The notes under the pieces were generated by a model. It was not told where the DNA came from. It saw nothing but the letters and a program-made list of their open reading frames with translations, and made no database searches. From positions 2,976,001 to 3,040,000 of the forward strand of contig NC_090396.1 in NCBI RefSeq assembly GCF_036365525.1: a stretch of 64,000 nucleotides of DNA, given 5' to 3'. The first letter of the stretch is position 1; the number at the start of each line of letters is the position of its first letter. The DNA comes from Heterodontus francisci. Lineage: Eukaryota. Of the stretch, positions 38,747 through 52,176 are shown in pieces. Made by a program: the position numbers and the translations under genes.

Positions 38747-39159
38747 CCCTGTGGAAATCTTCAGAGAGAACTGATGTTGCAACATTTTACTTTGTTTCGT
38801 TTTTATTATTTTAATTTTGAACAACCAAGCTACAACAGTTTTGTTTACCTCCTGTTATCAGTGAATATATTTAGCGCTGAGATTGAATTTGAAAACCCCA
38901 AAGACCAGAAAAATCTGATCATGTCAATTCACTAATGATAATTGGATGCTGTATTAACTTTTCAATGATGACGTTATTTTAAACACCTCAACATCTTATA
39001 TTGTTTGGGTCATTCACTCTGCTGTGTCCATTCATGAATTGAATTCTGAACAGCATTCTGCTAACTCAGGGCTGGTTCACTGAACTCTGGGATGTGGCTG
39101 CAGAGTTTAGCTGTGTCAATTCAAGCAGGCGATCAATTCGGAAAATGTTGTCAATGGAT

Positions 39160-39445
39160 CCTCAAAATAATGCTGCTGCTCAAAATAATTCAGCACCTCA
39201 TACTAATATCGCCCCACTAAACTACACAGCCCATAAAACTAATGCAAGATCTCAAATTAATACAATTTTTCAAACTCGTACACGTACAACTACGGTGTCT
39301 CACACGAATACTGCCCCTCAAACCAATGCAGCCTCTAAATTAACACAGCCTCAGAAAACAAAACAGCCTCTAAACGGAATACAATCCGTCAAACAAATCC
39401 ATGATCTCAAACTAATATAGCAGCTAAATCTAATGGAACACCACA
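39160..39445. repeat. Degenerate 18-bp tandem repeat (aaactaatgcagcctctc-like)
   Basis: 6-aa periodicity (QNNAAA/QNNSAP/HTNIAP/KTNARS/HTNTAP/QTNAAS) in ORF 39094..39420. Confidence 0.65.
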
Positions 39446-39479
39446 AATGCATGTGAACACCACGCCCTGCATTTTCCCT

Positions 39480-39705
39480 TCCAAAACGCGCACCGTCCTG
39501 ATCTGCAGCTCTATCACTGTTTTTATACGGTTGGTGGGCCAAAATCCGTGAACCCACTTCAAAACAGCACCATGGGTAAACCTGCACCTTATGGACAGCA
39601 GCGGTTCTTCCAGGAAGCTCACCATCAGCTTCTCAAGGGCAATTATGAATGGGAGATAAATGCTGGCCATGCCAGCCACGTGCACATCACAAGAATGAAT
39701 AAACT
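39480..39705 (+). mobile_element. LINE 3'-end remnant
   Basis: ggacagcagcggttcttccaggaagctcaccatcagcttctcaagggcaatt..aataaa pattern that I recall as a common shark LINE 3' end. Confidence 0.5.
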
Positions 39706-39789
39706 CAACTTGCAAAACAAGAAATTAGATGCTGTAGAGATGAAAGGAATCTGGGAGAACACATACAGGCTTCCCTAAATGTATTGACA

Positions 39790-41035
39790 CAGCGTAACAA
39801 GCCATCAAAAGACAATAAACGGCCTGAAGAATGTTGTTTGAGGGATGTAATAGATATGTATAATACTTTATGCTGGTTATACCAGACCTGGAGTACTATG
39901 CGAAATTATGGTTGGCATATTAATAGAAGGATATAAAACTGATTGAGAGGGTACAAAAACATTCACACGCGTATCAGAAAGGTATGGGTAGAACTATACC
40001 AAGAGGATGAAAAGGATGTGTACTTTTCCCTTGAAAATAAATGTTTGAGTATTGATCTAATAGAGGTATTTAAAATTATGAAAGTTTCTGCTAGAGTATA
40101 TATGGACAGATGAGAGGATTTTGTACCAAGACAGTCGAAGGCTTTCATGGCAGGGTACCATAGAGAATTGGAGTGGCAGCAGCCACAATGGAACCCATCG
40201 TCTGGATTGGCCTGGCGGCCCCTCCGCCACCAGGCGATGGGACCCTGCTTTCTATATGCTAATTCCATCTTTGTTTTAATTTAGATGCAACCCACAGCAA
40301 TGTTATCTTCAGTTCCCGATCTTCAGTGGAACGTGTGGCACTCCAGCACCTTCCTTTTCACGTCCAGGGAAGGCTGGCACCACAGAGGTTTGGAAGGGCT
40401 CAGCTTCGCATTAATCATATAGAAGGGCGGAAATGTAGTGCTTTAAAAGGGACGGGGGAAAGGATCAACTTTGCATTTTTGTTGCACTGTCTGCAGGGCT
40501 GGAAGCCTTATTCAAATGGTGACAGTGCCTCCTCCTGCATTCGGTGACACCGTGAAATGCATTGTCATTGCCACCACCACCACTTAATTGGGGACAGCTG
40601 CCACTAATATACTAATTGGCCACCCTCCAGAAAATTGCAATGGCGCAATGGCATGGGTCCTGCACAGCCTGGGCACCTTTTTTTCTGCAGCGGCATGACA
40701 ACAAATTCCAACCCAGAATGTTTCCACTTGTGGGGAATTGCAAAACCGGACTCTATCCATAAAGAGACCGTCTCCAAGAAATCAAACAGAGAGTTGTGAA
40801 GAATCTTCTTTCCATCGAGTTGGAAGGAAGGTGGAACTCGGGACAACAGGGAATGATTGATCAGAATATTACAGATGCATTTAAGAGGATGCACCAGGTT
40901 TCTATGAATGAGAAGTGAATAGAGAGTTATGATAATACAGTTAGATGAAGAAAGAGGGGAGGAGGATTAACTGGCGTTAACCCATCATGGACAGCTGGGC
41001 CGAATGTCTTGTTTCTTTGATTTTTGTGCTGTGCA
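39790..41035 (+). mobile_element. Decayed CR1 3' region interrupted by ~600 bp of unrelated sequence (~40110-40715)
   Basis: ccagacctggagtactatg, gatctaatagaggtatttaaaattatg, later atgtttccacttgtgggga..gggccgaatg. Confidence 0.6.
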
Positions 41036-41059
41036 ATTCAAGACCTCTGATAAAGCTGG

Positions 41060-43305
41060 CCATGTAAAACCGTCTGTTAAAAACTGCATTCGTGACACGA
41101 TATTGGAAACTGCTATCATTTGTACTTAAGCATTTGTTGCACTGCCACACAACAGACTTGTGAGCAAACTTGTAGGTCATAGAATAAAAGGGACGGTCGT
41201 TAACATGCATAAAGAATTGGCTGAGTGACAGGAAACATAGAAACATAGAAAAAGAGAAACAGAGAAAAGTAGGAGCAGGAGTAGACCCTTCGGCCCTTCG
41301 AACCTGCTCTTCCATTCAATGCGATCATGGATGATCATTCAAACTCAGTACCCTTTTTCCGCTTGCTTCCCGTGTCCATTGATCCCATTAGCCCTAAGAA
41401 CTATATCTAACTTTTTCTTGAATGTATTTAATGATTTCGTCTCAACTGCTTTCCGTGGTAGAGAATTCTACAGGGTCGCCACTCTCTGGGTGAAGAAATA
41501 TCTCCTCATCTCAAGTCCTAAACGGCTTACTCCTTATCCTTAGACTGTGACCCCTGCTCCTGGACTCCCCTGCCGTTGAGAATATCCTTCCTGCCTCTAG
41601 TCTGTCCAATCCTGTTTGAATTTTGCTGGTTCCTATGAGATCCCCTCTTATTCTTCTAAACTCTAGCGAATAGAAGCCAAATCAACGCAATCTCTCTTCA
41701 TACGCCAGTCCTGCCATCCCAGGAATCAGTCTGGTGAACCGTCGCTGCATTCGCTCCATAGCAACAACATCCTTCTTCAGATAAGGACACCAAAACAGCA
41801 CACAATACTCAAGGTGTTGCCTCACCAAGGCCTTGTATAATTGCAGCAAGTCATCCTTGCTTCTATACTCGAATCCTGTCGCTATGAAGGCAACATACAA
41901 TTTGCCTTCTTAACTGCCTGCTGCACCTACATGCTTACTTGCAGCGACTGGTGCACAAGGACACACAGGTCTCGCTGCACCTCCCGCTTTCCCAATCTAT
42001 CGCCAATCAGATAATAATATGGCTTCCTGTTTTTGCCGCTAAAGTGGATAACCTCACATTTATCCACATTTTACTGCATTTGCCATGTATTTCCCACTCA
42101 CTCATCCTGTCCAAGTCAGACAGGAGCTTCTCTGCATCCTACTCACATCTCACACTCCCACCCATCTATGTGTCGTCTGCAAACTTGAATATATTACATT
42201 TAATTCGCTCATCTATATCATTACTAAATATTGTGAATATCTGGCGTCTATGTATTAATAGATTTTTTTTTGGGGGGGTGCTGGAGGAAGCTTTGTAGTG
42301 GAGCTCCCCAGGGATCAGTAACGGAACCTTTTCTTTTCCTAATATATATTAATGACCTAACCATTGGTGTTCAGTGCAGAATTTCAAAGGTTGCAAATGA
42401 TACGAAACTTAGAATCATTGTGAACTGTCAGGAAGAGAGTACAGAACTTGATAAGGACATAGACAAGTTTGAGAAATGGGCAGACAGGTGGCAGATGAAG
42501 TGAAATGCAAAGAAAGGTGAAGTGACTAATTTTGTTGGAAAGAACATGGAGAGACAATATGGAATAAAGCATTCAATTCAAAAGGGGGTGCAGGAGCAGA
42601 GCCACCTCGGCATATATGTGCATAAGTTATTGAAGGTGGCATGACAGGTTGGGAGAACAGTTAATAAAACAAGAAGTATCCTGGTCCTTGTTAATAGGGG
42701 CATAGACTACAAGTGCAAGGTAGTTATGTTGAACGTGTATACTGGAATATTGTGTCCAGTTCTGGGAGCCACACTTTGGGAAAGACATGAGAGCACTGGA
42801 GAGAGTAAAGAAGAGATTAATGAGAATGATTCCAAGGATGAGGAACCTCAGTTATGAAGATAAACTGGAGAAGTTAGGATAGTTTTCCTTGGAGAATAGA
42901 AGGATGAGAGATAATCCGATAGATGTATTCAAAATCATAAGGGCTCTGGACTGATTAGATAGGGAGAAATTTTTCCCACTCGTGAAAGGATCTAGAACGA
43001 CAGGTCACAGATTTAAGTTATTTGGGAAGAGAAGCAAAAGTGACAGGAGGAAAATATTTTTTCACGGAGCAAGTAGTTAATGTTTTGAACGCAGTACCTG
43101 AGGACGTGGTGGTGGCAGATTGAATTGAAGCATTCAGAAGGGTATTAGACAGTTATATGAGAAAAAAGGAAGAATGTGCAGGGTTATGGGTAAGGTCAAG
43201 GGAATGGAACTGAGGGAACTTTCCTTTCAGAGAGCCAGTGCAGACACGATGGACTGAATAGAAACCTTCTGCAATCTAACGATGTGCAATTCTGTGATTC
43301 TGTAA
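41060..43305 (+). mobile_element. Old CR1 RT/3' fragment, interrupted by a minus-strand CR1
   Basis: SGAPQGSVTEPFLFLIYINDL..KVANDTKL..KWADRWQM; tail attctgtgattctgt near 43290. Confidence 0.8.
41234..42240 (-). mobile_element. CR1 3' fragment
   Basis: LQLYKALVRQHLEYCVLFW; reverse tail aaacatagaaacataga. Confidence 0.85.
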
Positions 43306-43312
43306 AACATAG

Positions 43313-46300
43313 TTAATTAAGGCAGACTTTCAGGGAGCTAGGGTGGAAGCTTAGAGCGAGAACAAACAGAGTTGTTATCTCTGGTTTGTTGCCCATGCCA
43401 CGTGCTAGCGAAGCGAGGAATAGGCAGAGAGAGGAGTTGAACAAGTGGCTGCAGGGATGGCGTAGGAGGGAGGGTTTTGGTTTCCTGGATAATTGGAGCT
43501 TTTTCTGGGGCAGGTGGGACCTCTACAAAGAGGATGGCCTTCACCTGAACCAGAGGGGTACCAATATCCTGGGGGTGGGGGGGGGGGGGGGAGATTTGCT
43601 TGTGCTCTTCGAGGGGGTTTAAACTAATTCAGAAGGGTGATGGGAACCTAAATCGTAGTGCCAGTGTACAGGATGTTGAGAGTAGTGAGGTCAGGGATAA
43701 GGTTACAAGGACGCAAGAGGGCACTGGCAAGCAAGAACTTGGTTTAAAGTGTGTCTACTTCAATGCCAGGAGCATCCGGAATAAGGTGGGTGAGCTTGCA
43801 GCATGGGTTGGTACCTGGGATCTCGATGTTGTGGCCATTTCCGAGACATGGGGAGAGTAGGGAAAGGAATGGATGTTGCAGGTTACGGGATTCAGATGTT
43901 TCAGTAAGGACATAGAAGATGGTAAAAGAGGGGGGGGTGTGTGGCATTGTTAATCAAGGAGAGTATTAAGGCGGCAGAAAGGACGTTGAGGGCTCGACTA
44001 CTGAGATAGTATGGGCCGAGGTTACAAACAGGAGAGGAGAGGTCACCCTGTTGGGAGTTTCTTATAGAACTCCGAATAGTTCCAGAGATGTAGAGGAAAG
44101 GATAGCGAAGATGATTCTCGACAGGAGCGAGAGTAACAGGGTCGTTGTTATGGGGGACTTTAACTTTCCAAATATCGACTGGAAATACTATAGTTCGAGT
44201 ACTTTAGATGGGTCAGTTTTTGTCCAGTGTGTGCAGGAGGGTTTTCTGACACAATATGTAGACAGGCCAACCAGGGGCGATGCCACATTGGATTTGGTAC
44301 TGGGTAATGAACCCGGCCAGGTGTTAGATTTAGATGTCGGTGAGCACTTAGGTGATAGTGATCACAATTCGGTTAGGTTTACCTTAGCGATGGGCAGGGA
44401 CAGGTAGATACCGCAGGGCAAGAATTATAGCTGGGGGAAAGGAAATTATGATGCGATTAGGCAAGAATTAGGATGCGTAGGATGGGGAAGGAAACTGCAG
44501 GGGATCGGCACAATCGAAATGTGGAGCTTATTCAAGGAGCAGCTACTGCGTGTCCTTGATCAGGATGTACCTGTCAGGCAGGGAGGAAGTTGTCGAGCGA
44601 GGGAGCCGTGGTTTACTAAAGAAGTTGAAACGCTTGTCAAGAGGAAGAAGAAGGCTTATGTTAGGATGAGACGTGAAGGCTCAGATAGGGCGCTTGAGAG
44701 TTGCAAGCAAGTCAGAAAGGATCTAAAGGGAGAGATAAGAAGAGCAAGCAGAGGACACGAGAAGTCATTGGCGGATAGGATCAAGAAAAACCCTCAGGCT
44801 TTCTATAGGTATATCAGGAATAAAAGAATGACTAGAGTTAGATTAGGGCCAATCAAGGATAGTAGTGGGAAGTTGTGTGTGGAATCAGAGGAGATAGGGG
44901 AAGCGTTAAATGAATATTTTTCGTCAGTATTTACAGTAGAGAAAGAAAATGTTGTCGAGGAGAATACTGAGATACAGACTACTAGGCTAGATGGGATTGA
45001 GGTTCACAAGGAGGAGGTGTTAGCAATTTTGGAAAGTGTGAAAATAGATAAGTCCCCTGGGCCAGATGGGATTTATCCTAGGATTCACTGGGAAGCCAGC
45101 GAGGAGATTGCAGAGCCTTTGACCTTGATCTTTATGTCGTCATTGTCGACAGGAATAGTGCCGGAAGACTGGAGGATAGCAAATGTTGTCCCCTTGTTCA
45201 AGAAGGGGAGTCGAGACAGCCCTGGCAATTATAGACCTGTGAGCCTTACTTCGGTTGTGGGTAAAATGTTGGAAAAGGTTATAAGAGATAGGATTTATAA
45301 TCTTCTTGAAAAGAATAAGTTCATTAGCGATAGTCAGCACGGTTTTGTGAAGGGTAGGTCGTGCTTCACAAACCTTATTGAGTTTTTCGAGAAGGTGACC
45401 AAACAGGTGGATGAGGGTAACGCCGTGGATGTGGTGTATATGGATTTCAGTAAGGCGTTTGATAAGGTTCCCCACGGTAGGCTGTTGCAGAAAATACGGA
45501 AGTATGGGGTTGAAGGTGATTTAGTGCTTTGGATCAGAAATTGGCTAGCAGAAAGAAGACAGAGGGTGGTGGTTGATGGCAAATGTTCATCCTGGAGTTT
45601 AGCTACTAGTGGTGTCCCCCAAGGATCTGTTTTGGGGTCACTGCTGTTTGTCATTTTTATAAATGACCTGGATGAGGGTGTAGAAGGGTGGGTTAGTAAC
45701 TTTGCGGATGACACGAAGGTCGGTGGAGTTGTGGATAGTGCCGAAGGATTTTGTAGGTTACAGAGGGACATAGATAGGCTGCAGAACTGGGCTGAGAGAT
45801 GGCAAATGGAGTTTAATGCGGAAAAGTGTGAGGTGATTCACTTTGGAAGGAGTAACAGGAATGCAGAGTACTGGACTAATGGGAAGATTCTTGGTAGTGC
45901 AGATGAGCAGAGAGATCTTGGTGTCCAGGTACATAAATCCCTGAAAGTTGCCACCCAGGTTAATAGGGCTGTTAAGAAGGCATATGGTTTGTTAGCTTTT
46001 ATTAGTAGGGGGTCGGGTTTCGGAGCCACGAGGTCATGCTGCAGCTGTACAAAACTCTGGTGCGGCCGCACCTGGAGTATTGCGTGCAGTTCTGGTCACC
46101 GCATTATAGGAAGGATGTGGAAGCTATGGAAAGGGTGCAGAGGAGATTTACTAGGATGTTGCCTGGTATGGAGGGAAGGTCTTACGAGGAAAGGCTGAGG
46201 GACTTGAGGTTGTTTTCGTTAGAGAGAAGGAGGAGGAGAGGTGACTTAATAGAGACATATAAGATAATCAGAGGGTTAGATAGGGTGGATAGTGAGAGTC

Positions 46301-46585
46301 TTTTTCCTCGGATGGTGATGGCAAACACGAGGGGACATAGCTTTAAGTTGAGGGGTGATAGATATAGGACAGATGTCAGAGGTAGTTTCTTTACTCAGGG
46401 AGTAGCAGGGGCGTGGAACGCCCTGCCTGCAACAATAGTAGACTCGCCAACTTTAAGTGCATTTAAGTGGTCATTGGATAGACATATGGATGAAAATTGA
46501 ATTTTGACGGTCCGATGGTTTCACAGGTCGGCGCAACGTCGAGGGCCGAAGGGCCTGTACTGCGCTGTAACGTTCTATGTTCTAT
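43313..46585 (+). mobile_element. Young CR1 LINE (ORF1 esterase C-terminus plus ORF2 with a few lesions)
   Basis: VISGLLPMP..DGLHLN; CVYFNARSI..ISETW; MGDFNFP; SDHN; KSPGPDG; FADDTKV; tail gttctatgttctat. Confidence 0.95.
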
Positions 46586-46939
46586 GTGACCAAACAGGTG
46601 GATGAGGGTAAAGCCGTGGATGTGGTGTATATGGATTTCAGTAAGGCGTTTGATAAGGTTCCCCACGGTAGGCTGTTGCAGAAAATACGGAAGTATGGGG
46701 TTGAAGGTGATTTAGAGCTTTGGATCAGAAAGTGGCTAGCTGAAAGAAGGCAGAGGGTGGTGGTTGATGGCAAATGTTCATCCTGGAGTTTAGTTTTTAG
46801 TGGTGTACCGCAAGGATCTGTTTTGGGGCCACTGCTGTTTGTCATTTTTATAAATGACCTGGAAGAGGGTGCAGAAACAAAAACAAGAAATGCTGGATTC
46901 ACTCAGCAGGTTTGGCAGCATCTGTGGAAAGAGAAGCAG

Positions 46940-46977
46940 AGTTAACGTTTCGGGTCAGTGACCCTTCTTCGGAACTG
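46940..46977 (-). ncRNA. Minimal type I hammerhead ribozyme motif (Penelope copy 1, 3' repeat)
   Basis: Minus strand agtt-CCGAAGA-a-gggtc-act-gaccc-GAAA-cg-TT-aact: core boxes, 5-bp stem II, 4-bp stem I, palindromic AACGTT stem III. Confidence 0.7.
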
Positions 46978-47169
46978 ACAAATATTGGAAAAGTCACAGA
47001 TTATAAACAAGTGAGGTGGGGGTTGGGCAAGAGATAACAAAGGAGAAGGTGCAGATTGGACTAGGCCACATAGCTGACCAAAAGGTCACGGAGCAAAGGC
47101 AAACAATATGTCAATGGTGTGTTGAAAGACAAAGCATTCGTACAGATTAGGTGTGAATATACTGAATAA

Positions 47170-47504
47170 GGTTAGCACCGCAGCCTCACAGCTCCAGGGA
47201 CCCGGGTTCGATTCCGGGTACTGCCTGTGTGGAGTTTGCAAGTTCTCCCTGTGTCTGCGTGGGTTTTCTCCGGGTGCTCCGGTTTCCTCCCACAAGCCAA
47301 AAGACTTGCAGGTTGATAGGTAAATTGGCCATTATAAATTGTCACTAGTATAGGTAGGTGGTAGGGAAATATAGGGACAGGTGGGGATGTTTGGTGGGAA
47401 TATGGGATTAGTGTAGGATTAGTCTAAATGGGTGGTTGATGTTCGGTACAGACTCGGTGGGCCGAAGGGCCTGTTTCAGTGCTGTATCTCTAATCTAAAA
47501 AAAA
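47170..47504 (+). mobile_element. V-SINE (5'-clipped) in the Penelope 3' UTR
   Basis: B box ggttcgattcc, V-domain, tail gggccgaagggcctgtttcagtgctgtatctctaatctaaaa. Confidence 0.9.
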
Positions 47505-47693
47505 TTGAACAGCAGCAAGTGCAAACCTGAAGAAAAACAACCTGAAAAAAACAGTGGGTAAGCAAACTGAACAAACTAAGATGAAATGAAATAAATGCAA
47601 AAAAAGATTGTAAAACATGTAAAAAGGAATGTAAACAAAAAGGAAGAAAAAATAACTAAAAATGACTAAAAATGAAAGTAAAGTGGGGGGCTG

Positions 47694-50444
47694 TCATGCT
47701 CTGAAATTATTGAACTCAATGTTCAGTCCGGCAGGCTGTAGTGTGCCTAATCAGTAGATGAGATGCTGTTCCTCGAGCTTGCGTTGATGTTCACTGGAAC
47801 ACTGCAGCAATCCCAGGACAGAGATGTGAGCATGAGAGCAGGGGGGAGTGTTGAAATGGCAAGCAAACGGAAGCTCAGGGTCCTGCTTGCGGACTGAGCG
47901 TAGATGTTCCGCAAAGCGGTCACCCAGTCTGCGCTTGGTCTCCCCAATGTCGAGGAGACCACACTGTGAGCAGCGAATACAGTATACTACATTGAAAGAA
48001 GTACAAGTAAATCGCTGCTTCACCTGAAAGGAGTGTTTGGGGCCTGGGATAGTGAGGAGAGAGGAGGTAAATGGGCAGGTATTACACCTCCTGCGATTGC
48101 AAGGGAAGGTGCCCTGGGACGGGGACGAGGTGGTGGGGGTAATGGAGGAGTGGACCAGGGTGTCGCGGAGGGAATGATCCCTTCGGAATGCTGACAGGGG
48201 AAGGGAGGGGAAGATGCGACTGGTAGTGGCATCACGCTGGATTTGGCGAAAATGGCGGAGGATGATCCTTTGGATATGGAGGCTGGTGGGATGAAAAGTG
48301 AGGACAAGGGGAACCCTGTCACGGTTCTGGGAGGGAGGGGAAGGGGTGAGGGTAGAGGTGCGGGGAATGGGTCGGACACAGTTGAGGGCCCTGTCAACCA
48401 CAGTGGGGGGAAATCCTCGGTTGAGGAAAAAGGAGGTCATATCAGAAGCACCGTCATGGAAGGTAGCATCATCAGAGCAGATGCGTCGGAGACGGAGAAA
48501 CTGGGAGAATGGAATGGAGTCCTTACAGGAGGTAGGGTGTGAAGAAGTGTAGTCGAGGTAACTGTGGGAGTCAGTGGGCTTATAATGGATATTGGTAGAC
48601 AACCTATCCCCAGAGATGGAGACAGAGAAGTCGAGGAAGGGAAGGGAAGTGTCAGAGATGGACCATGTAAAGGTGAGAGAAGGGTGGAAATTGGAAGCAA
48701 AGTTGATAAAGTTTTCTAGTTCGGGACGGGAGCAGGAAACGGCACCGATACAGTCATCAATGTTCCGGAAAAAGAGTTGGGGGAGGGGGCGTGAGTAGGA
48801 CTGGAACAAAGAATGCTCGACATATCCCACAAAAAGACAGGCATAACTAGGACCCATGCGGGTACCCATAGCGACACATTTTACTTGAAGGAAATGCATG
48901 GAGTTGAAGGAGAAGTTGTTCAATGTGAGAACAAGTTCAGCCAGGCGGAGGAGGGTGTTGGTGGATGGGGACTGGTTGGGCCTCGGTTCCAGGAAGAAGC
49001 GGAGAGCCCTCAAACCATCCTGGTGGGGGATGGAGGTGTAGAGCGATTGGACGTCCATAGTGAAGAGGAGGCGGTTGGGACCAGGAAACTGGAAATTGTC
49101 AAAATGACGTAGGGCGTCAGAAGAGTCACGGATGTAGGTGGGAAGAGACTGGACCAGCGGAGAAAAGATAGAGTCTAGATAGGAAGAAATAAGTTCAGTG
49201 GGGCAGGAGGAGGCTGACACAATGGGTCTGCCGGGACAGTCCCGTTTGTGGATTTTGGGAAGGAGGTCGAAGCGTGCTGTCCGGGGTTGCGGGACTATGA
49301 GGTTGGAAGCTGTAGAGGGAAGATCTCCAGAGGAGATGAGGTCAGTGACAGTCCTTTGGATGGTGGCTTGATGTTCGGTGGTGGGGTCATGGTCCTGAGG
49401 GAGGTAGGAAGAGGTGTCTGTGAGTTGGCATTGAGCTTCTGCAAGGTAGAGGTCGGTACGCCATACAACAACAGCACCACCCTTGTCTGCAGGTTTGATG
49501 ACCATGTCGGGGTTAGACCTGAGAGAACGGAGTGCCTCAAGTTCAGAGGGGGACAGGTTAGAGTGAGTGAGGGGGGCAGAGAAATTGAGACGACCAATGT
49601 CTCGCCGACAGTTTTCAATGAAGAGATCAAGAGCGGGTAAGAGGCCAGGGGGTGGGGTCCAGGTAGAGGGAGAATGCTGGAGGCGGGTGAATGGGTCTGC
49701 TGGTCGGGGGGAGGACTCCTGGTCGAAGAAGTGAGCCCGGAGGCGGAGGCGACGGAAGAAGAGCTGAACGTCATGCCGAGCGCGAAATTCATTGAGGTGG
49801 GGGCGTAAAGGGATAAAACTGAGACCTTTGCTGAGTACAGAACGCTCAGCATCAGAGAGGGGGAGGTCAGAGGGTATAGTGAATACACGGCAAGGGCTCA
49901 GATCAGAAGGGGTGGGGTCAGAGGGAAGTGAAGCGGAAGGAGGATCTGGAGGGGCATTAGTCCCCATCAGCTGCTGGAACTTGCGTTCCTTAACACCTGA
50001 AAGAAAGAAAAAAAGTTTTTTGTTAATGCGTCGGATGAGACGTAAGATGAGATGAAACTGCGGAGTAGAACAGATTTGAGATAAGGTGAGACGGTGCTGC
50101 TGGAGAGAGAGGTCCTGTGTGTGCATATGGCGGCGCATAGCACTGAGTGTGGATCTCAGGATGCGGCGAGAGTAGCAGTCCGAGGAACGTTGTATTTCTC
50201 GGAGATACCTGTGATCCTGGGTGGTTTCAAAGCATGATGGGTGAAACTGCAGTTGGAATCCACGTGGAATCAGTCGGAGCCGGAGACAGTCACTGAGGAA
50301 GGAGATGTGGCTGTGAAAACGAGTTTTTTTAGATACCTTATCAAACACCAGGAGGGAAATAGAAAGCAATGAAGGTGAACAAGGTAAAAGAGACAAACGA
50401 AAATCCCGTCGGAGAGAAGAGCAGAACTTCTTCAAGGTAGGCAT
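47694..50444 (-). pseudogene. Penelope RT + GIY-YIG endonuclease ORF, nearly full length but with motif substitutions and a late premature stop (47753-47751)
   Basis: IKPADKGG, LLPKIHK, MDVQSLYTSIP, AMGTRMGPSYA, RNIDD, LPFLD, CNRRRCNTC linker, VVYCIRCSQCGLLDIGET. Frame continues LGTLQPAGLNIEFNNFRA after the stop. Confidence 0.92.
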
Positions 50445-50579
50445 TCCTGGAAGAGAAGTGGCAGTGAATTAAACACTAAAATAAAAGCAAAATACTGCGG
50501 ATGCTGGAAATCTGAAACAAAAACAAGAAATGCTGGATTCACTCAGCGGGTCTGGCAGCATCTGTGGAAAGAGAAGCAG

Positions 50580-50617
50580 AGTTAACGTTTCGGGTCAGTG
50601 ACCCTTCTTCGGAACTG
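50580..50617 (-). ncRNA. Minimal type I hammerhead ribozyme motif (Penelope copy 1, 5' repeat)
   Basis: Identical to the 46940-46977 motif. Confidence 0.7.
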
Positions 50618-51946
50618 ACAAATATTAGAAAAGTCACAGATTATAAACAAGTGAGGTGGGGGTTGGGCAAGAGATAACAAAGGAGAAGAGGGTGTAGAAG
50701 GTTGGGTTAGTAAATATGCGGATGACACGAAGGTCGGTGGAGTTGTGGATAGTGCCGAAGGATTTTGTAGGTTACAGAGGGACATAGATAGGCTGCAGAG
50801 CTGGGCTGAGAGATGGCAAATGGAGTTTAAGGCAGAAAAGTGTGAGGTGATTCACTTTGGAAGGAGTAACAGGAATGCAGAGTACTGGACTAATGGGAAG
50901 ATTCTTGGTAGTGCAGATGAGCAGAGAGATCTTGGTGTCCAGGTACATAAATCCCTGAAAGTTGCCACCCAGGTTAATAGGGCTGTTAAGAAGGCATATG
51001 GTTTGTTAGCTTTTATTAGTAGGGGGGTCGGGTTTCGGAGCCACGAGGTCATGCTGCAGCTGTACAAAACTCTGGTGAGACCGCACCAGGAGTATTGCGT
51101 GCAGTTCTGGTCACCGCATTATAGGAAGGATGTGGAAGCTTTGGAAAGGGTGCAGAGGAGATTTACTAGGATGTTGCCTGGTATGGAGGGAAGGTCTTAC
51201 GAGGAAAGGCTGAGGGACTTGAGGTTGTTTTTGTTAGAGAGAAGGAGGAGGTGAGGTGACTTAATAGAGACATATAAGATAATCAGAGGGTTAGATAGGG
51301 TGGATAGTGAGAGTCTTTTTCCTCGGATAGTGATGGCAAACACGAGGGGACATAGCTTTAAGTTGAGGGGTGATAGATATAGGACAGATGTCAGAGGTAG
51401 TTTCTTTACTCAGGGAGTAGCAGGGGCGTGGAACGCCCTGCCTGCAACAATAGTAGACTCCCAACTTGAAGTGCATTTAAATGGTCATTGGATAGACATA
51501 TGGATGAAAATTTAATTTTGTCGGTCCGATGGTTTCACAGGTCGGCGCAACATCGAGGGCCGAAGGACCTGTACTGCGCTGTAATATTCTATGTGACCAA
51601 ACAGGTGGATGAGGGTAAAGCCGTGGATGTGGTGTATATGGATTTCAGTAAGGCGTTTGATAAGGTTCCCCACGGTAGGCTGTTGCAGAAAATACGGAAG
51701 TATGGGGTTGAAGGTGATTTAGAGCTTTGGATCAGAAAGTGGCTAGCTGAAAGAAGGCAGAGGGTGGTGGTTGATGGCAAATGTTCATCCTGGAGTTTAG
51801 TTTTTAGTGGTGTACCGCAAGGATCTGTTTTGGGGCCACTGCTGTTTGTCATTTTTATAAATGACCTGGAAGAGGGTGCAGAAACAAAATCAAGAAATGC
51901 TGGATTCACTCAGCAGGTTTGGCAGCATCTGTGGAAAGAGAAGCAG

Positions 51947-51984
51947 AGTTAACGTTTCGGGTCAGTGACCCTTCTTCGGAACTG
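51947..51984 (-). ncRNA. Minimal type I hammerhead ribozyme motif (Penelope copy 2, 3' repeat)
   Basis: Identical motif. Confidence 0.7.
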
Positions 51985-52176
51985 ACAAATATTGGAAAAG
52001 TCACAGATTATAAACAAGTGAGGTGGGGGTTGGGCAAGAGATAACAAAGGAGAAGGTGCAGATTGGACTAGGCCACATAGCTGACCAAAAGGTCACGGAG
52101 CAAAGGCAAACAATATGTCAATGGTGTGTTGAAAGACAAAGCATTCGTACAGATTAGGTGTGAATATACTGAATAA

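Larger units (their letters stand above)
46877..50687 (-). mobile_element. Penelope-like element (Neptune-type), copy 1, with direct terminal repeats and TSD
   Basis: Direct repeats ~46877-47047 and ~50517-50687; TSD gaagagggtg(c/t)agaa at 46862-46876 and 50685-50699. Confidence 0.93.
46586..51592 (+). repeat. Unit 1 of a 5007-bp tandem duplication (CR1 3' 1.2 kb + Penelope + SINE)
   Basis: gtgaccaaacaggtgg restarts at 46586 and 51593; ORF pairs offset by 5007. Confidence 0.95.

Noticed and set aside
39094-39420. 108-aa Asn/Thr/Ala-rich ORF upstream of the GPCR
   Set aside because: Product of a decayed 18-bp tandem repeat; the ORF opens at a non-ATG codon.
40110-40715. Possible MITE ending aaattccaaccc inside a CR1
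   Set aside because: Could not find a matching left terminal inverted repeat or TSD.
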